64,000 nucleotides of DNA from the IMG/VR virus record IMGVR_UViG_3300032167_000006, one strand, 5' to 3'. The position numbers and the translations under genes were made by a program. Origin of the DNA: a virus (taxonomy: Duplodnaviria; Caudoviricetes). This document shows positions 21,910 through 32,291 of this stretch, piece by piece; position 1 is the stretch's first letter, and each line of letters starts with the position of its first letter. Under the pieces are notes generated by a model. The model saw nothing but the letters and a program-made list of their open reading frames with translations. It searched no databases and was not told the origin of the DNA.

Positions 21910-24303
21910 TTAAGCTAGATTCTCAGGATTAGATATTGTATCTTCAGTGGCACCTTGTTTTGCTTTATTTATAATTTGTTTGATAACATCCATATTTAAG
22001 TATGATCCTAAGTGATAGATTTTAAGTTCTTTTGCAAACTTAGCTTTAATCACTTCATTAGGCTCGTCAGCCATTATAATATTAGTAACGTTTTCACAAT
22101 AATCACTAGTATTAGTAATAAGCTGACCTGAGTTAATCATATTCATAAATAACGGAGGAGGTAATGTTACAGTTATCTGATCATTACAACCATATTCAAT
22201 ATCATAAATCTTAGTATATAACGGAGCTATTACTTTTTGGAACTCTCCTTGACGGCTATAAGTAAATCTTAAAAATTTAGAGTTAGCCATAGTAAGCTGC
22301 ATTGCATAGTCTGGAGATAAACGTGCTTGGATTATTTCCATTGGCACACCAGTAACGCTAATAGCAGACTCTTCAAGAAGATTAAGCAAATCAGTTTTAA
22401 TTTCAATTTGCTGACCCTGAATAACTTCAACATCAATCGGAGACTGACCATCATTGCCACGGGGGATGATATAGTCGTTAAATCTACCAGTAATATTAAG
22501 AACTGAATTAATATTTTCAATCTGTCTGATACCAAAATTGGATTTCTTAATTTCATTAATTGTTTTTAATAAAGTTTTAGAAATATTAGATTCAACAGAT
22601 TGTTTTACATAATAAACACGCTTATCGTTACCGCGTGTCATAACACCTAAACAGTTAGTAATATAAATAGCAACCCATAATTTAGCAGGAATTAAACTAA
22701 GATTAAGATCACTAATACCTCTACCAGTATCTTCATCAAGGTCAAAATAAATATGATGAATATCTTCAGGTGGAATATAACTAACACGAATATTATTAGT
22801 AGAACCAGCAGCGGCATTAAATGAATCATTATATTTAAGGATATAATAAATCTCTTTTTTAAGATCCTGATTGGCATTGATAAACTTAGCATCAATTTTA
22901 TCTGCCAAGTTATTGGCAATGCTTCTTAATAGTTCTTCTCTTCTTTGTATAGAATCAAATGCTTCTGATCTACCATTACTTCTTAAACCAGTAATAGTAT
23001 TAACCATTCCAGTTGTTGTATGTCTTTCTTCAAATAATGCTGCTTGATCATCAAAATCAAAATAGTAATATCCTAAACAAATATCATTAAGAATTATAGG
23101 AGTTACTCTTTCACGCTTAAGAATTTTAACTATACAGCCATTCATGTCTTTAATGTTAGAATTTCCTTTATTGGAAGTATAGAGTCCGTCAGCTGTCGTA
23201 TCATCCTCGTTAGGGAGCTGTAAATCATCATCGAGCACTCGATCAAATTTATGGTGTGCAGGAATTTTTGCCCCCATTTCAAGATCATGATTCATTGAAT
23301 TGTCAAATGCATATGGTTTACCATCATTAGCAATTGAATCAATTCCTTCTGTAATAACATCAGAACTGCCATTAATAGCTAATTCCATTAAGTATTGCTC
23401 TGTAAGAGATTGCTCTCTTACTACTTTTCTTTGTTCTCTAGCAGACTTTTCATTTTCAACAATAGAAGAAATTATTCCATTTTCTATTTTAATATCAAAA
23501 TTAAAATTATCTTCTGTTTCGTTAAGCTTATAATCATTAGAAGATGAAACCTTTACAGGTTCAAATTCAGATATACCACTTTCAATAAGTACTTCTCCAG
23601 ATTCAAAATTTGTTCTAACTTTAATATTTCTATCATCTGTAGTGGAATTTTTTCTATCTATAAGTTTTCTTATAGCTTTACTATACGGAACGCAGTATAC
23701 AAAAGTTTCGCCATATTTAGAAGTCTTTTCATAAATCTCACTTGTTAACTTAAGCATATTATAACGATTTTTCATATCGTTAATATTTCTTGCAAACTGT
23801 TCCTCAGATTCTCTAGTTGGTGACAATTTAGATTCTATATTAAGAAAATCTTTTGAAAAGCTATCTGATGCTAATATATTATCTCTAATTGTATCTAGAG
23901 CTTCTTGAAGTTTAGGCATATATCTTAATACCTCATCAATTTCAGTATCAACAGCCTTAATCCATCTATTGTCTAAATATGAACTTGTTAAATTATTAAT
24001 AAATTCATTATCACCAAATATACGTTCAAACTCTTTTACAGTATCTGGATCTCCCTGAGAACTTAAAAGAAGTCGTTCATATAATCTAGATATATTAGGC
24101 TCGCCAATATTATCAGAGTTAACATTCATTATATCTTTAATAGATGTAGTTATATCTGTTTTTATAGCCTGTAATTGATCTTTATTATGCGGGTCTGCAA
24201 AATATGTTGTGCGGTACATATCATCCATATTACCTTGAACAAGGGTAGCTAATCTACGCAATACACCTGTACGAGGTTTCTGTTCATTTTGTTGTGAAGG
24301 CAT
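21910..24303 (-). CDS. Portal protein
   Basis: T4 gp20-like segments KRVYYV, DYIIPRGNDGQSPIDVEVIQG, TGVPMEII; late promoter upstream. Confidence 0.75.
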   Translation of the reverse strand: MPSQQNEQKPRTGVLRRLATLVQGNMDDMYRTTYFADPHNKDQLQAIKTDITTSIKDIMNVNSDNIGEPNISRLYERLLLSSQGDPDTVKEFERIFGDNEFINNLTSSYLDNRWIKAVDTEIDEVLRYMPKLQEALDTIRDNILASDSFSKDFLNIESKLSPTRESEEQFARNINDMKNRYNMLKLTSEIYEKTSKYGETFVYCVPYSKAIRKLIDRKNSTTDDRNIKVRTNFESGEVLIESGISEFEPVKVSSSNDYKLNETEDNFNFDIKIENGIISSIVENEKSAREQRKVVREQSLTEQYLMELAINGSSDVITEGIDSIANDGKPYAFDNSMNHDLEMGAKIPAHHKFDRVLDDDLQLPNEDDTTADGLYTSNKGNSNIKDMNGCIVKILKRERVTPIILNDICLGYYYFDFDDQAALFEERHTTTGMVNTITGLRSNGRSEAFDSIQRREELLRSIANNLADKIDAKFINANQDLKKEIYYILKYNDSFNAAAGSTNNIRVSYIPPEDIHHIYFDLDEDTGRGISDLNLSLIPAKLWVAIYITNCLGVMTRGNDKRVYYVKQSVESNISKTLLKTINEIKKSNFGIRQIENINSVLNITGRFNDYIIPRGNDGQSPIDVEVIQGQQIEIKTDLLNLLEESAISVTGVPMEIIQARLSPDYAMQLTMANSKFLRFTYSRQGEFQKVIAPLYTKIYDIEYGCNDQITVTLPPPLFMNMINSGQLITNTSDYCENVTNIIMADEPNEVIKAKFAKELKIYHLGSYLNMDVIKQIINKAKQGATEDTISNPENLA

Positions 24304-24328
24304 AATAACACACTCCTTTCTTATAATT

Positions 24329-24340
24329 TATTCTCATGTT
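24329..24340 (-). promoter_or_regulatory. AR9-like late promoter AACA-N6-TA
   Basis: AACA TGAGAA TA upstream of portal. Confidence 0.65.
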
Positions 24341-24390
24341 CGCCATTGGCTAAAATACCTAGGTTGTGGGTAATATACCCACAACCGTAT

Positions 24391-25011
24391 TTATTGTACT
24401 TTTATAAAATTTATATAAGTTATTATATTAAATTTCTTTTTACTAATACGAAATCTTGAAATAAATGTATGAATCAAGTCAGGTTGAAATATTTGTAAGT
24501 ATAATTTATCACTTTTTGTAGTTGGTAATATTGATGAGAATAAAGTCATATAATAACCTTCATAAATTACACTAGCAGCACCATCTGCTTTGCTCATACT
24601 TTGAATTTTACTTAAAATTTCAGGTATTTCAACTTCATTAATGGCTATTTGAGTTGTATTATCAATTGATATGGCATATTTATATTTATTATAAGCAAAA
24701 GATATTATTCTTTGATCAAGACCAATTAATAATTCTCCCCCACCAACTGTTCTAAGAGTTGTATCTATAGAATCAAATTCAAAATCTGATTCTATAGATA
24801 TAGTTTTAATAAATGCAGATAATGAACGCTGATTAATTATAATACCATTAAAATAATTATTTATGAAATTGCTATCTAACAAGACATAAGTTACTATATA
24901 TTGAATATTATCAAGTCCAATTATAGCATTATCAATAAGAACAAAATCTTTTTGTTTTAAAGCTTTAGCAGCTTCATTAATATATACTAATTCACTGGTT
25001 GTTATATTCAA
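24391..25011 (-). CDS. Hypothetical protein, candidate divergent DNA sliding clamp
   Basis: 206 aa; overlaps the polymerase exonuclease-subunit stop; strand/helix pattern resembles T4 gp45/PCNA by eye only. Confidence 0.4.
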   Translation of the reverse strand: MNITTSELVYINEAAKALKQKDFVLIDNAIIGLDNIQYIVTYVLLDSNFINNYFNGIIINQRSLSAFIKTISIESDFEFDSIDTTLRTVGGGELLIGLDQRIISFAYNKYKYAISIDNTTQIAINEVEIPEILSKIQSMSKADGAASVIYEGYYMTLFSSILPTTKSDKLYLQIFQPDLIHTFISRFRISKKKFNIITYINFIKVQ

Positions 25012-26905
25012 ATTTACTCATCCTTTCTTGCTTATAGCACATTTCTCTACCAACAGAATTATCCACAATTATACACATTTCTCTCTTATTTTTATTAGGA
25101 ACTATAGTACACATAATTCTACCACCATTAATAGTATCACTTGAATATAATCCTCTCATTGGAGCTTTAATGGTTGAAAAATATTTTATTATATCATAAT
25201 ACATATCCAAATAGCCTGCAAGATTAAGATATCTTTGACAAAAATTAAGTCTATCATGAGATATGAAATCTTCCATAAACCATACTGTTCTATCATAATA
25301 TGGATTATTAAATCTATTCTCCTTAGGATCAAGAACTTCAGGGAAGAATACTTTACCATGCTGTGTCATCGGGCTCATATTAGATTCATCAATTATAGAC
25401 GGATACAGACTCTTATAGTCAAAGTCATCCAGATTATCACATAACATTGTCGGACGACCATCTATTTTAACTCTAGGTTTCTCACTTACTAAAGTCGGAT
25501 CGGCTACAAATGCACCTGCAAATCCAACTTTTTCATTGCTCTTATTAGTATTGCATCCAAGAATATAACCCATATTTCTAAAATCTTTAACACCACGATT
25601 AACAAGATAAGTTGTCTGTCTATGAACTTTAGAATATCTTGTATTTGTAGTCATAGCTTTAGAATATACAAAGTCTATATCATTAACTTTATTTTCTATA
25701 CATAACTGAACAATTGTATCCATAATATTATAGAAAACAAAAGTTCTATAATCTAGATAAGGAAGTTTAGATATATTAGTTGTAATATTAGAATAATCAA
25801 GTTTCTTAACACCTGCTATTAATCCACCAACATAATCAAGTTTAAATGATGCTATTGCTCTTTGACCTTTACGACGAGATGCAAATGTAACTAATTGATC
25901 TATATATACAGAATATGAAGATACTTGAGCATAATCTCCACGTTCTTCAAACTTATCAGCCCTCTTATCAACGTAATAATAACATTCTTTAACCTTGAAA
26001 TCTTTATGACAAATAATTTCACATGGATCATATCCAAGATTAATAATTCTTTGAATAAGATACGGTAAGTCGAATGGCATGTTCCATGCTATTGAAAAAT
26101 CTGGTTTAATTATATTGATTACATTAAATGCATCAGTTAATAATTTTATTTCTTCATCATAAAACATGATTTTATATTCAAATGGATCAAGACCTAAACG
26201 ATGTTCTTGTTTCCAACCACCAACTGTATCTTGAACAAATTGCTTTATTTTTATAGGTATATCTTTTTCCGTTTTAAATAAATCAATTAATGGATTATTG
26301 TAATTATCTAAAAGTAAAGTATATACCTTTTTATTAATATCATCAACTAATGTTATGGCGTTTACAGGACATTCTCCAGGTTCAGGAAAATCTCCTCTCA
26401 TATCAATAGTATCAGCCTCGATATCGAAGTACAATTTAGTGGGTTTAAACTGTTCATTTTTATATAATAAATCAAATCTATATCTATAAAAATCTTCAAT
26501 ATGCATATCAGCACCAAATATAGAAGGTATCTGAAATAACTTATCATTATCTCTAGCATTTCCTGTACGAAGATTATCATAAAAGAACTCAAGATTACCA
26601 GTTCTCTCAGCTATATCTTTTTTCAAATCATTATATTTACAAGTAACTTGATAAACATCTTTTTCTTCAATACATAATTTATTATAATCTACAGGTACAC
26701 CTTCATTTGTCATCCAATAAGTATATTCTGGTTCGGAAATATGTTGGACTTTCTTTTCCATAGTATCCATATCTTTATAAATTATATCTATACTATCTTT
26801 TCCATATTTTCCAGTCTCAATATCTTTTTTAGGTTTATGATATATTATATTTAATAGAGATATATTAGCACCTATGGGATAACCTTTAATAAATGATTTA
26901 TCCAT
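24992..26905 (-). CDS. Split family-B DNA polymerase, 3'-5' exonuclease plus motif A subunit
   Basis: ExoI FDIEAD, ExoII WNMPFDLPYL, ExoIII YNIMD, GAFV, motif A DFDYKSLYPSII..NMSP. Confidence 0.9.
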   Translation of the reverse strand: MDKSFIKGYPIGANISLLNIIYHKPKKDIETGKYGKDSIDIIYKDMDTMEKKVQHISEPEYTYWMTNEGVPVDYNKLCIEEKDVYQVTCKYNDLKKDIAERTGNLEFFYDNLRTGNARDNDKLFQIPSIFGADMHIEDFYRYRFDLLYKNEQFKPTKLYFDIEADTIDMRGDFPEPGECPVNAITLVDDINKKVYTLLLDNYNNPLIDLFKTEKDIPIKIKQFVQDTVGGWKQEHRLGLDPFEYKIMFYDEEIKLLTDAFNVINIIKPDFSIAWNMPFDLPYLIQRIINLGYDPCEIICHKDFKVKECYYYVDKRADKFEERGDYAQVSSYSVYIDQLVTFASRRKGQRAIASFKLDYVGGLIAGVKKLDYSNITTNISKLPYLDYRTFVFYNIMDTIVQLCIENKVNDIDFVYSKAMTTNTRYSKVHRQTTYLVNRGVKDFRNMGYILGCNTNKSNEKVGFAGAFVADPTLVSEKPRVKIDGRPTMLCDNLDDFDYKSLYPSIIDESNMSPMTQHGKVFFPEVLDPKENRFNNPYYDRTVWFMEDFISHDRLNFCQRYLNLAGYLDMYYDIIKYFSTIKAPMRGLYSSDTINGGRIMCTIVPNKNKREMCIIVDNSVGREMCYKQERMSKFEYNNQ

Positions 26906-27210
26906 AATTTTACCTCCTAATTTACATTATTTCATTGTACTAGACTTTGTTTAATCGTATAAACCGACGTATTTTGGCAATTAACATAACTATAATGATT
27001 AGGCATAACACCCCATAAAACCAAATCATTTTTATATATCTTCTTGCCAGATTTGTGTGTTGTGTGTAGTTTTTCGTTTTTGTAACTTTGCTCGTAAAAG
27101 GCATAGTGAAAACTCCTTTTTATCATAAATTTCCTCTTAAAATTTTAGCATATATACCGTACTCGTGCTGTGGGGTGGCACGAGTATATTTTGTGCTTTT
27201 TTATTTCACA

Positions 27211-27222
27211 AACAAAAAAGTA
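27211..27222 (+). promoter_or_regulatory. AR9-like late promoter AACA-N6-TA
   Basis: AACA AAAAAG TA upstream of 27248. Confidence 0.55.
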
Positions 27223-27247
27223 AAATCTTAAAGGAGGTTCTTTAACT

Positions 27248-28174
27248 ATGTCTTTTAATATTAATAAATTTGTTAAAGATTCTAACGAATATTCAAATCA
27301 CGATCTCAAACAAGAAGTTGCTGTAGTTGTTGAAACAGTAGACGAAACAAAAAAGAAAAAAAGCAAAAAAAGTGATTCTACAGAAATTGTTAAATCGCAA
27401 TCAAACTCTACAATTGTACCTGCTACTAGTATGAGCTATATTCAAGAAAACATACCATATGCTGGTGCGTATGTTGAAACCAATCAACAGCTTGATGAAA
27501 CTATAGCTCAATTAAATATGCTTGGTGCTGAAATAGTTACCGAATTGAATATGGTTCGTAGCAATAAAACTCTTCGTAACAAATATAGTATTGTTAATGA
27601 AATGACTCAAACTGCTACATCTATTTTAGGTACCAAACTTTCAGCTATTAAAGAAAAGAATTCAACAATTAATAGTATCAATAAACTTGAACTTGATAGA
27701 CTTAAACAAGTTAAAGTTTCTGCATCAGAAGAAGATGATAACGCTAGAATTGCAAATCTTTATGATGCATTTATCAATACACCTATTGGCGCTGGTCCTG
27801 GAATTCTTGGTCCATCAATGCAAGATATTATGGCTGGAGGACAAACAGGTCCATCTGTTCCTATGATGTCTCTTGGTAGCGATCAGCAAATGTGGGAAGC
27901 TGGATTAAATCCTGCAGAAAATAGAATGTTACTTGAAGCAAAAGGCGCAATTGAAACTGTTGTAATGTATGATTCTACAACTGGAAATCGTTGGTTTGAA
28001 GTAGTTGATAAAATTACCCGCCAACCAGTTCCAAATGTAGAAAAACCAGATAGCTCTTATATATATGATCTTGATATTAATGTGAGAGGTGGATTTGCTA
28101 AAGACGGTAATAGATCAGTAACATATCCTCTCATCTGTATTAATGGTGGAGATACCAGTATAACAGAATATTAA
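27248..28174 (+). CDS. Hypothetical protein with coiled-coil core
   Basis: 308 aa, AAGGAGG SD. Confidence 0.8.
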   Translation: MSFNINKFVKDSNEYSNHDLKQEVAVVVETVDETKKKKSKKSDSTEIVKSQSNSTIVPATSMSYIQENIPYAGAYVETNQQLDETIAQLNMLGAEIVTELNMVRSNKTLRNKYSIVNEMTQTATSILGTKLSAIKEKNSTINSINKLELDRLKQVKVSASEEDDNARIANLYDAFINTPIGAGPGILGPSMQDIMAGGQTGPSVPMMSLGSDQQMWEAGLNPAENRMLLEAKGAIETVVMYDSTTGNRWFEVVDKITRQPVPNVEKPDSSYIYDLDINVRGGFAKDGNRSVTYPLICINGGDTSITEY

Positions 28175-28320
28175 TTAACATATTTATAAATCACGTAGTG
28201 GTTTCATAGTTTTGTTTCCTTTCTTTATTCTAGATTCTATGAATAGACATTATCATAGAATATAGAATACAAAATCAACACAAGAAATATTTTTGTCATT
28301 TTACACTCTCCTTAAATAGA

Positions 28321-28347
28321 CGCCCGTAGGGTTGGTCCCTACGGGTG
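28321..28347 (-). terminator. Intrinsic terminator hairpin
   Basis: CCCGTAGGG / CCCTACGGG after the sbcC stop. Confidence 0.7.
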
Positions 28348-28358
28348 CCTATATTGTT

Positions 28359-31055
28359 TTAATATCTCCAAATTACATTACCGCCATAGTTAGCTCCAGG
28401 TACATCTTTAAGCATAATAATATCTGCAAGTTCAGATATTAATTCGCTATTATGGGATATAATAAAACATTGTTCACATCTAAGAATATTCATAAGATTA
28501 TCTAATAAAGTCATAAAATAAGATCTATTAGAACCATCTAATGAACCATCCATTTCATCAAGAGATATCACATTATATCTACTCTGAGATTGATATAAAA
28601 TTGAATATGATAATATCATACTTATCATTGATTTCTGAGCTGTAGACATAGAACTTATATCATCATGCATTAATCCAGAACCTAAACATGGAATTCTAAA
28701 TTCTTGCTCATTAATAACAAATGGTTGTAATGCAAATTCACCATCAAATAACATGGCTAATAACTCATTTGCAGTAGATAATATTTTATTCATATATAAT
28801 TGCATATATAAAGTCTGAATTCCTGTAGATGAAGATGAATAATATTTAATCTTTTCTATCTTAACGAACTTATCTTGATATTCTGCTAATTCTTTTCTAT
28901 AATCAACAAGCATTACCAATGAGTGTCTAATATTATCTCTTTCAGTTGTAAGTGATTTTATATCATTTATTATAGTATTATTATTAGCATTTAATTTACC
29001 AAGTTGTATTTCAAGTTCATTTAATTCAGATGTATTAGAGTCAAGTGTTGATTTTATTTTATTTAATTCTTCCTGTCTTTGTTCTGATGGCATTAGTGAA
29101 TCATTAATTTTAGAATATAAATTTGATACCTTTTGTTTGGTAGATTCTAATGTTTCTAATGATTGTTCTATCTCATTGATAGAATTATTATCACTATCTA
29201 ACTCATTAGCAACTTCATCTAATTTTTTAGATAAATCTTCAATATCAATTAAAATAGATTCTATAATATTATTTCTAGATTCATATAATTTATATTCTGC
29301 TTCATATTTCATCAATTGCTCTTTTGCAACTTTATATTCTTCAATCATATTTCCACAGTCTACAAATTTATATAATTCATCAATATCTTCAAATTTATCC
29401 ATTTCACATACTCTATATAAAAAAGTTTGTTGAAAGTCTTTTCTTATAGGAAGTTTCTTAATAAATCCAATTTTAGAATTGAGCTCCCTTTCAATATTTG
29501 TTATATATGATAATATTTCGGAATACCTATTAAATTGCTCAATCTCATGCTCTATAAATAATATTTCTTTATTCATATCATTTATTTCATTTTCTAATCT
29601 AATCATTTCAGCTTCTGGATATTCTAGATTAGCTTTAACTGCAGATTCTATATATGGACAATTATCAATTTTACAATTCTTTGGTCTATTAACTAACTCT
29701 GATGCTAATTCTCTTTTAGAAACAAATTTTGAATACTGTTTATTTAACTCATCACATTTACTTCTAAGAGAAGTTAATTTTTCTTTATATGACGGAATAG
29801 CTCTTATATAACCAACAACATCATTTCTATTATTAATTACTTGAGATATATCAACTAAAGAATATGAGCTAGATATATTATATGCAGATTCTTTTAAGTA
29901 CTTAAGAGATTCCATAGCAGAATCAAACTCTGTCTTAGTAATAATATTAATATTGCTTAATCTCATTTGTTTAAAAATTTCATCATATTCAGCAATAATT
30001 CTTCTAGCTTCTTCTGTAATTTGTTTTATATCTTCATAATTATAATCTGATTGAAGAGCATTTAATTGCTCTTTTTTAGATTGAAGACTTTTAAACTCAG
30101 ATTCTCTTCTAGTTAATAATACAGGAATCTTTGTTTTTAATGCTTCCCTCTTTGTTTCTAAAGATACAATCTGTTTCTCAATATTATCAAGAAATGGTTT
30201 AATTGTATTTATATCCATAATCTTATAGAAAGTTAATTGAGAATTAATGGAAGATTTTACAATTCTTATAGAAGCATTTAAATCTTTAAGCTCGCTAACG
30301 ATATCATCATAATTATTATCTCTAAGAATCTTAATATATTCAGAAATTTTTAATTTAACTGCAGCAATTGCTTCTATTGTAGTATTCTTCTCTTCTTCAA
30401 GAGTTGCTATTCTACCTTCAATATTTTGAAGCTTAGCATTAAGCTGAACTTCATTTCCTATAAAATCAATTTTATAAGTTAATGAATTAATTAATGATTT
30501 ATAAGTAGAAGCTTTCTTAGTTAATATCTTATTTATATTATTATAAGTTTCAAGATTATGAATAATAGAATTGACCAATTTCTTACGTTCCGCAGGTCTA
30601 GAATCAACCAATCCTCTATTTTCTGTAGTAAGCTTAGCTAATGATAAATAGTTACTATCCATATTAAATTCATCATAAAGAATATCTTTACAAGAAGATA
30701 TATTACCATTAGGATTTAATTCTACTAATTGACCATCAATTGTTTTTGATATGTATCCTTTAGTAGTACCTCTAATACCATTACTATTTACAGGATGTAT
30801 ATATCTAATCACATAATCAATTCCATTTTCAGTCAATACTATTGTTTTTCTAGCTTCTGAATTTGGAATAAAATAATCATTATTATCTGGATTTGGATTT
30901 ATTGCATTCAGTAAAGTAGATTTACCAGAACCATTTTTTCCTTTAATAATGATCTTATTAGTTATACATTTTGTGAAGTCTATTTTTATTTGAGTTAATC
31001 CCATACCGTTATATATACCAGCATAATTATGCAATTCTATACTTTTATATCTCAT
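28359..31055 (-). CDS. sbcC: SbcC/Rad50-like SMC ATPase
   Basis: Walker A GKNGSGKST, long coiled coils, Zn hook CKIDNCP, signature MSTAQK, Walker B LDEMDGSLD, IISHN; likely start MRYKS at 31055. Confidence 0.9.
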   Translation of the reverse strand: MRYKSIELHNYAGIYNGMGLTQIKIDFTKCITNKIIIKGKNGSGKSTLLNAINPNPDNNDYFIPNSEARKTIVLTENGIDYVIRYIHPVNSNGIRGTTKGYISKTIDGQLVELNPNGNISSCKDILYDEFNMDSNYLSLAKLTTENRGLVDSRPAERKKLVNSIIHNLETYNNINKILTKKASTYKSLINSLTYKIDFIGNEVQLNAKLQNIEGRIATLEEEKNTTIEAIAAVKLKISEYIKILRDNNYDDIVSELKDLNASIRIVKSSINSQLTFYKIMDINTIKPFLDNIEKQIVSLETKREALKTKIPVLLTRRESEFKSLQSKKEQLNALQSDYNYEDIKQITEEARRIIAEYDEIFKQMRLSNINIITKTEFDSAMESLKYLKESAYNISSSYSLVDISQVINNRNDVVGYIRAIPSYKEKLTSLRSKCDELNKQYSKFVSKRELASELVNRPKNCKIDNCPYIESAVKANLEYPEAEMIRLENEINDMNKEILFIEHEIEQFNRYSEILSYITNIERELNSKIGFIKKLPIRKDFQQTFLYRVCEMDKFEDIDELYKFVDCGNMIEEYKVAKEQLMKYEAEYKLYESRNNIIESILIDIEDLSKKLDEVANELDSDNNSINEIEQSLETLESTKQKVSNLYSKINDSLMPSEQRQEELNKIKSTLDSNTSELNELEIQLGKLNANNNTIINDIKSLTTERDNIRHSLVMLVDYRKELAEYQDKFVKIEKIKYYSSSSTGIQTLYMQLYMNKILSTANELLAMLFDGEFALQPFVINEQEFRIPCLGSGLMHDDISSMSTAQKSMISMILSYSILYQSQSRYNVISLDEMDGSLDGSNRSYFMTLLDNLMNILRCEQCFIISHNSELISELADIIMLKDVPGANYGGNVIWRY

Positions 31056-31154
31056 AAGATTTCCTCCCATCCAAATTATCTTTTTATTTAAATGTATACG
31101 GCTTTATATTATCTTACATTTTATTATAAAAAATAATAAGAGTGAGGTAAACCC

Positions 31155-31454
31155 TCACTCTTTAAATTTATATCCAAATTGTTTTAATGTTTCTTTATGC
31201 CTTAACGGTCTTGCATACCCTTTAGTCCAATCAATAATAAATGTATTTTTACAAATAACACATTTTAAATATTCTACATTTCTTTCAGCAAGAAATTCTT
31301 TTAATTCGTTTGTATCTTGATTAGAATTATATAATTCCTTATAATCTATAATAGAATTATTTCTATTTCTAGTAAAAAATAACATATCATTTCCGCATAT
31401 AGGGCATGTGTAAGGATGTACAATTCTACACATTTCTTTAAGTTCCATTTTCAT
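31155..31454 (-). CDS. Small Zn-ribbon protein
   Basis: CPICG...CVIC; N-terminal KEMCRIV motif; AACA-N6-TA at 31464-31475. Confidence 0.75.
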   Translation of the reverse strand: MKMELKEMCRIVHPYTCPICGNDMLFFTRNRNNSIIDYKELYNSNQDTNELKEFLAERNVEYLKCVICKNTFIIDWTKGYARPLRHKETLKQFGYKFKE

Positions 31455-31506
31455 CCCTCCAGTTACTATTTTGTTTGTGAAGGAATGAAAAAAAAATAAA
31501 ACTATA

Positions 31507-31531
31507 AGTAGAGGCTGGCTAGGCCTCTACT
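31507..31531 (-). terminator. Terminator of the tRNA/ncRNA operon
   Basis: AGTAGAGGC / GCCTCTACT followed by T tracts on the minus strand. Confidence 0.7.
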
Positions 31532-31696
31532 GCAAATATTTTCTATTCTCAAAGAAAGGTCGAAAGAAATAAGAAAATAAATGTGAAGATTTAATTCCTA
31601 CCACTTCATTAAATCTTCTTGCTTTTTGCCTAGGTAGAAGCATAACTACCAAATTTTTCACTTGCAAAATACTTACAGGAGGTCGCAACGTGCAAC

Positions 31697-31772
31697 TGGT
31701 CGGAGTAGAGAGACTTGAACTCCCGACATCTTGTTCCCAAAACAAGCGCGCTACCAACTGCGCTATACCCCG
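31697..31772 (-). tRNA. tRNA-Pro(TGG)
   Basis: CGGGGTATAGCGCAGTTGGTAGCGCG CTTGT-TT-TGG-GA-ACAAG...GTTCAAGT...CCA. Confidence 0.95.
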
Positions 31773-31997
31773 AGGATCCCCAGTCATAAGGCAAGTGACT
31801 GGCTCTTGTTGATAATATTAAATATTTAATTTCCCCGTTATATGACTACCAGATTCCTTTTACTCAAAGGGCTTTGTAGTCTAACCATTTTATTATCAAT
31901 AATAGGAAGTATCGTTTCCTATAACCCTGCAAATAATGTTTTGCCTTACATTTATTTGCTCCCAAAATATATCTCTATTCCTAACGATACTAGGGGC
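31773..31997 (-). ncRNA. Putative structured RNA with kissing-loop pseudoknot
   Basis: Several stems; loop segments 31787-31794 and 31941-31948 are perfectly complementary. Confidence 0.45.
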
Positions 31998-32074
31998 TGG
32001 CGACCTGGATGGGGTTCGAACCCACGACCTCTAGCGTGACAGGCTAGCGTTCTAACCAACTGAACTACCAGGCC
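31998..32074 (-). tRNA. tRNA-Asp(GTC)
   Basis: GGCCTGGTAGTTCAGTTGGTTAGAACG CTAGC-CT-GTC-AC-GCTAG...GTTCGAACCC...CCA. Confidence 0.95.
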
Positions 32075-32078
32075 GTTT

Positions 32079-32238
32079 TAAATTAATAAGGCTGTTCATC
32101 TCACTCCATTTACTACTGCTGCTGGGTTCCGTCAAGGTATCCATATTTCGCAATTAGATTCCTCCGAGCATTACCTCGTGTACTTTATTTAACTCTAATC
32201 ACTACCTTCTGTCTGGCTTCGTAGCACCTTACATTTAA
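32079..32238 (-). ncRNA. Repeated structured ncRNA, copy 1
   Basis: Conserved ends AAGGTGCTACGAAGC...GCAGTAGTAAATGGAGTGAGATGAACAGCCTT, about 90-nt variable self-complementary core. Confidence 0.7.
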
Positions 32239-32291
32239 GTCGTATTGCTACGACTCAAGTTTGATCTACGTAGGGGATCATAGATCATTTT

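Noticed and set aside
26932-27126. 64-aa ORF upstream of the pol-exo gene
   Set aside because: Weak support and it overlaps a TACA-N6-TA promoter; not confidently coding.
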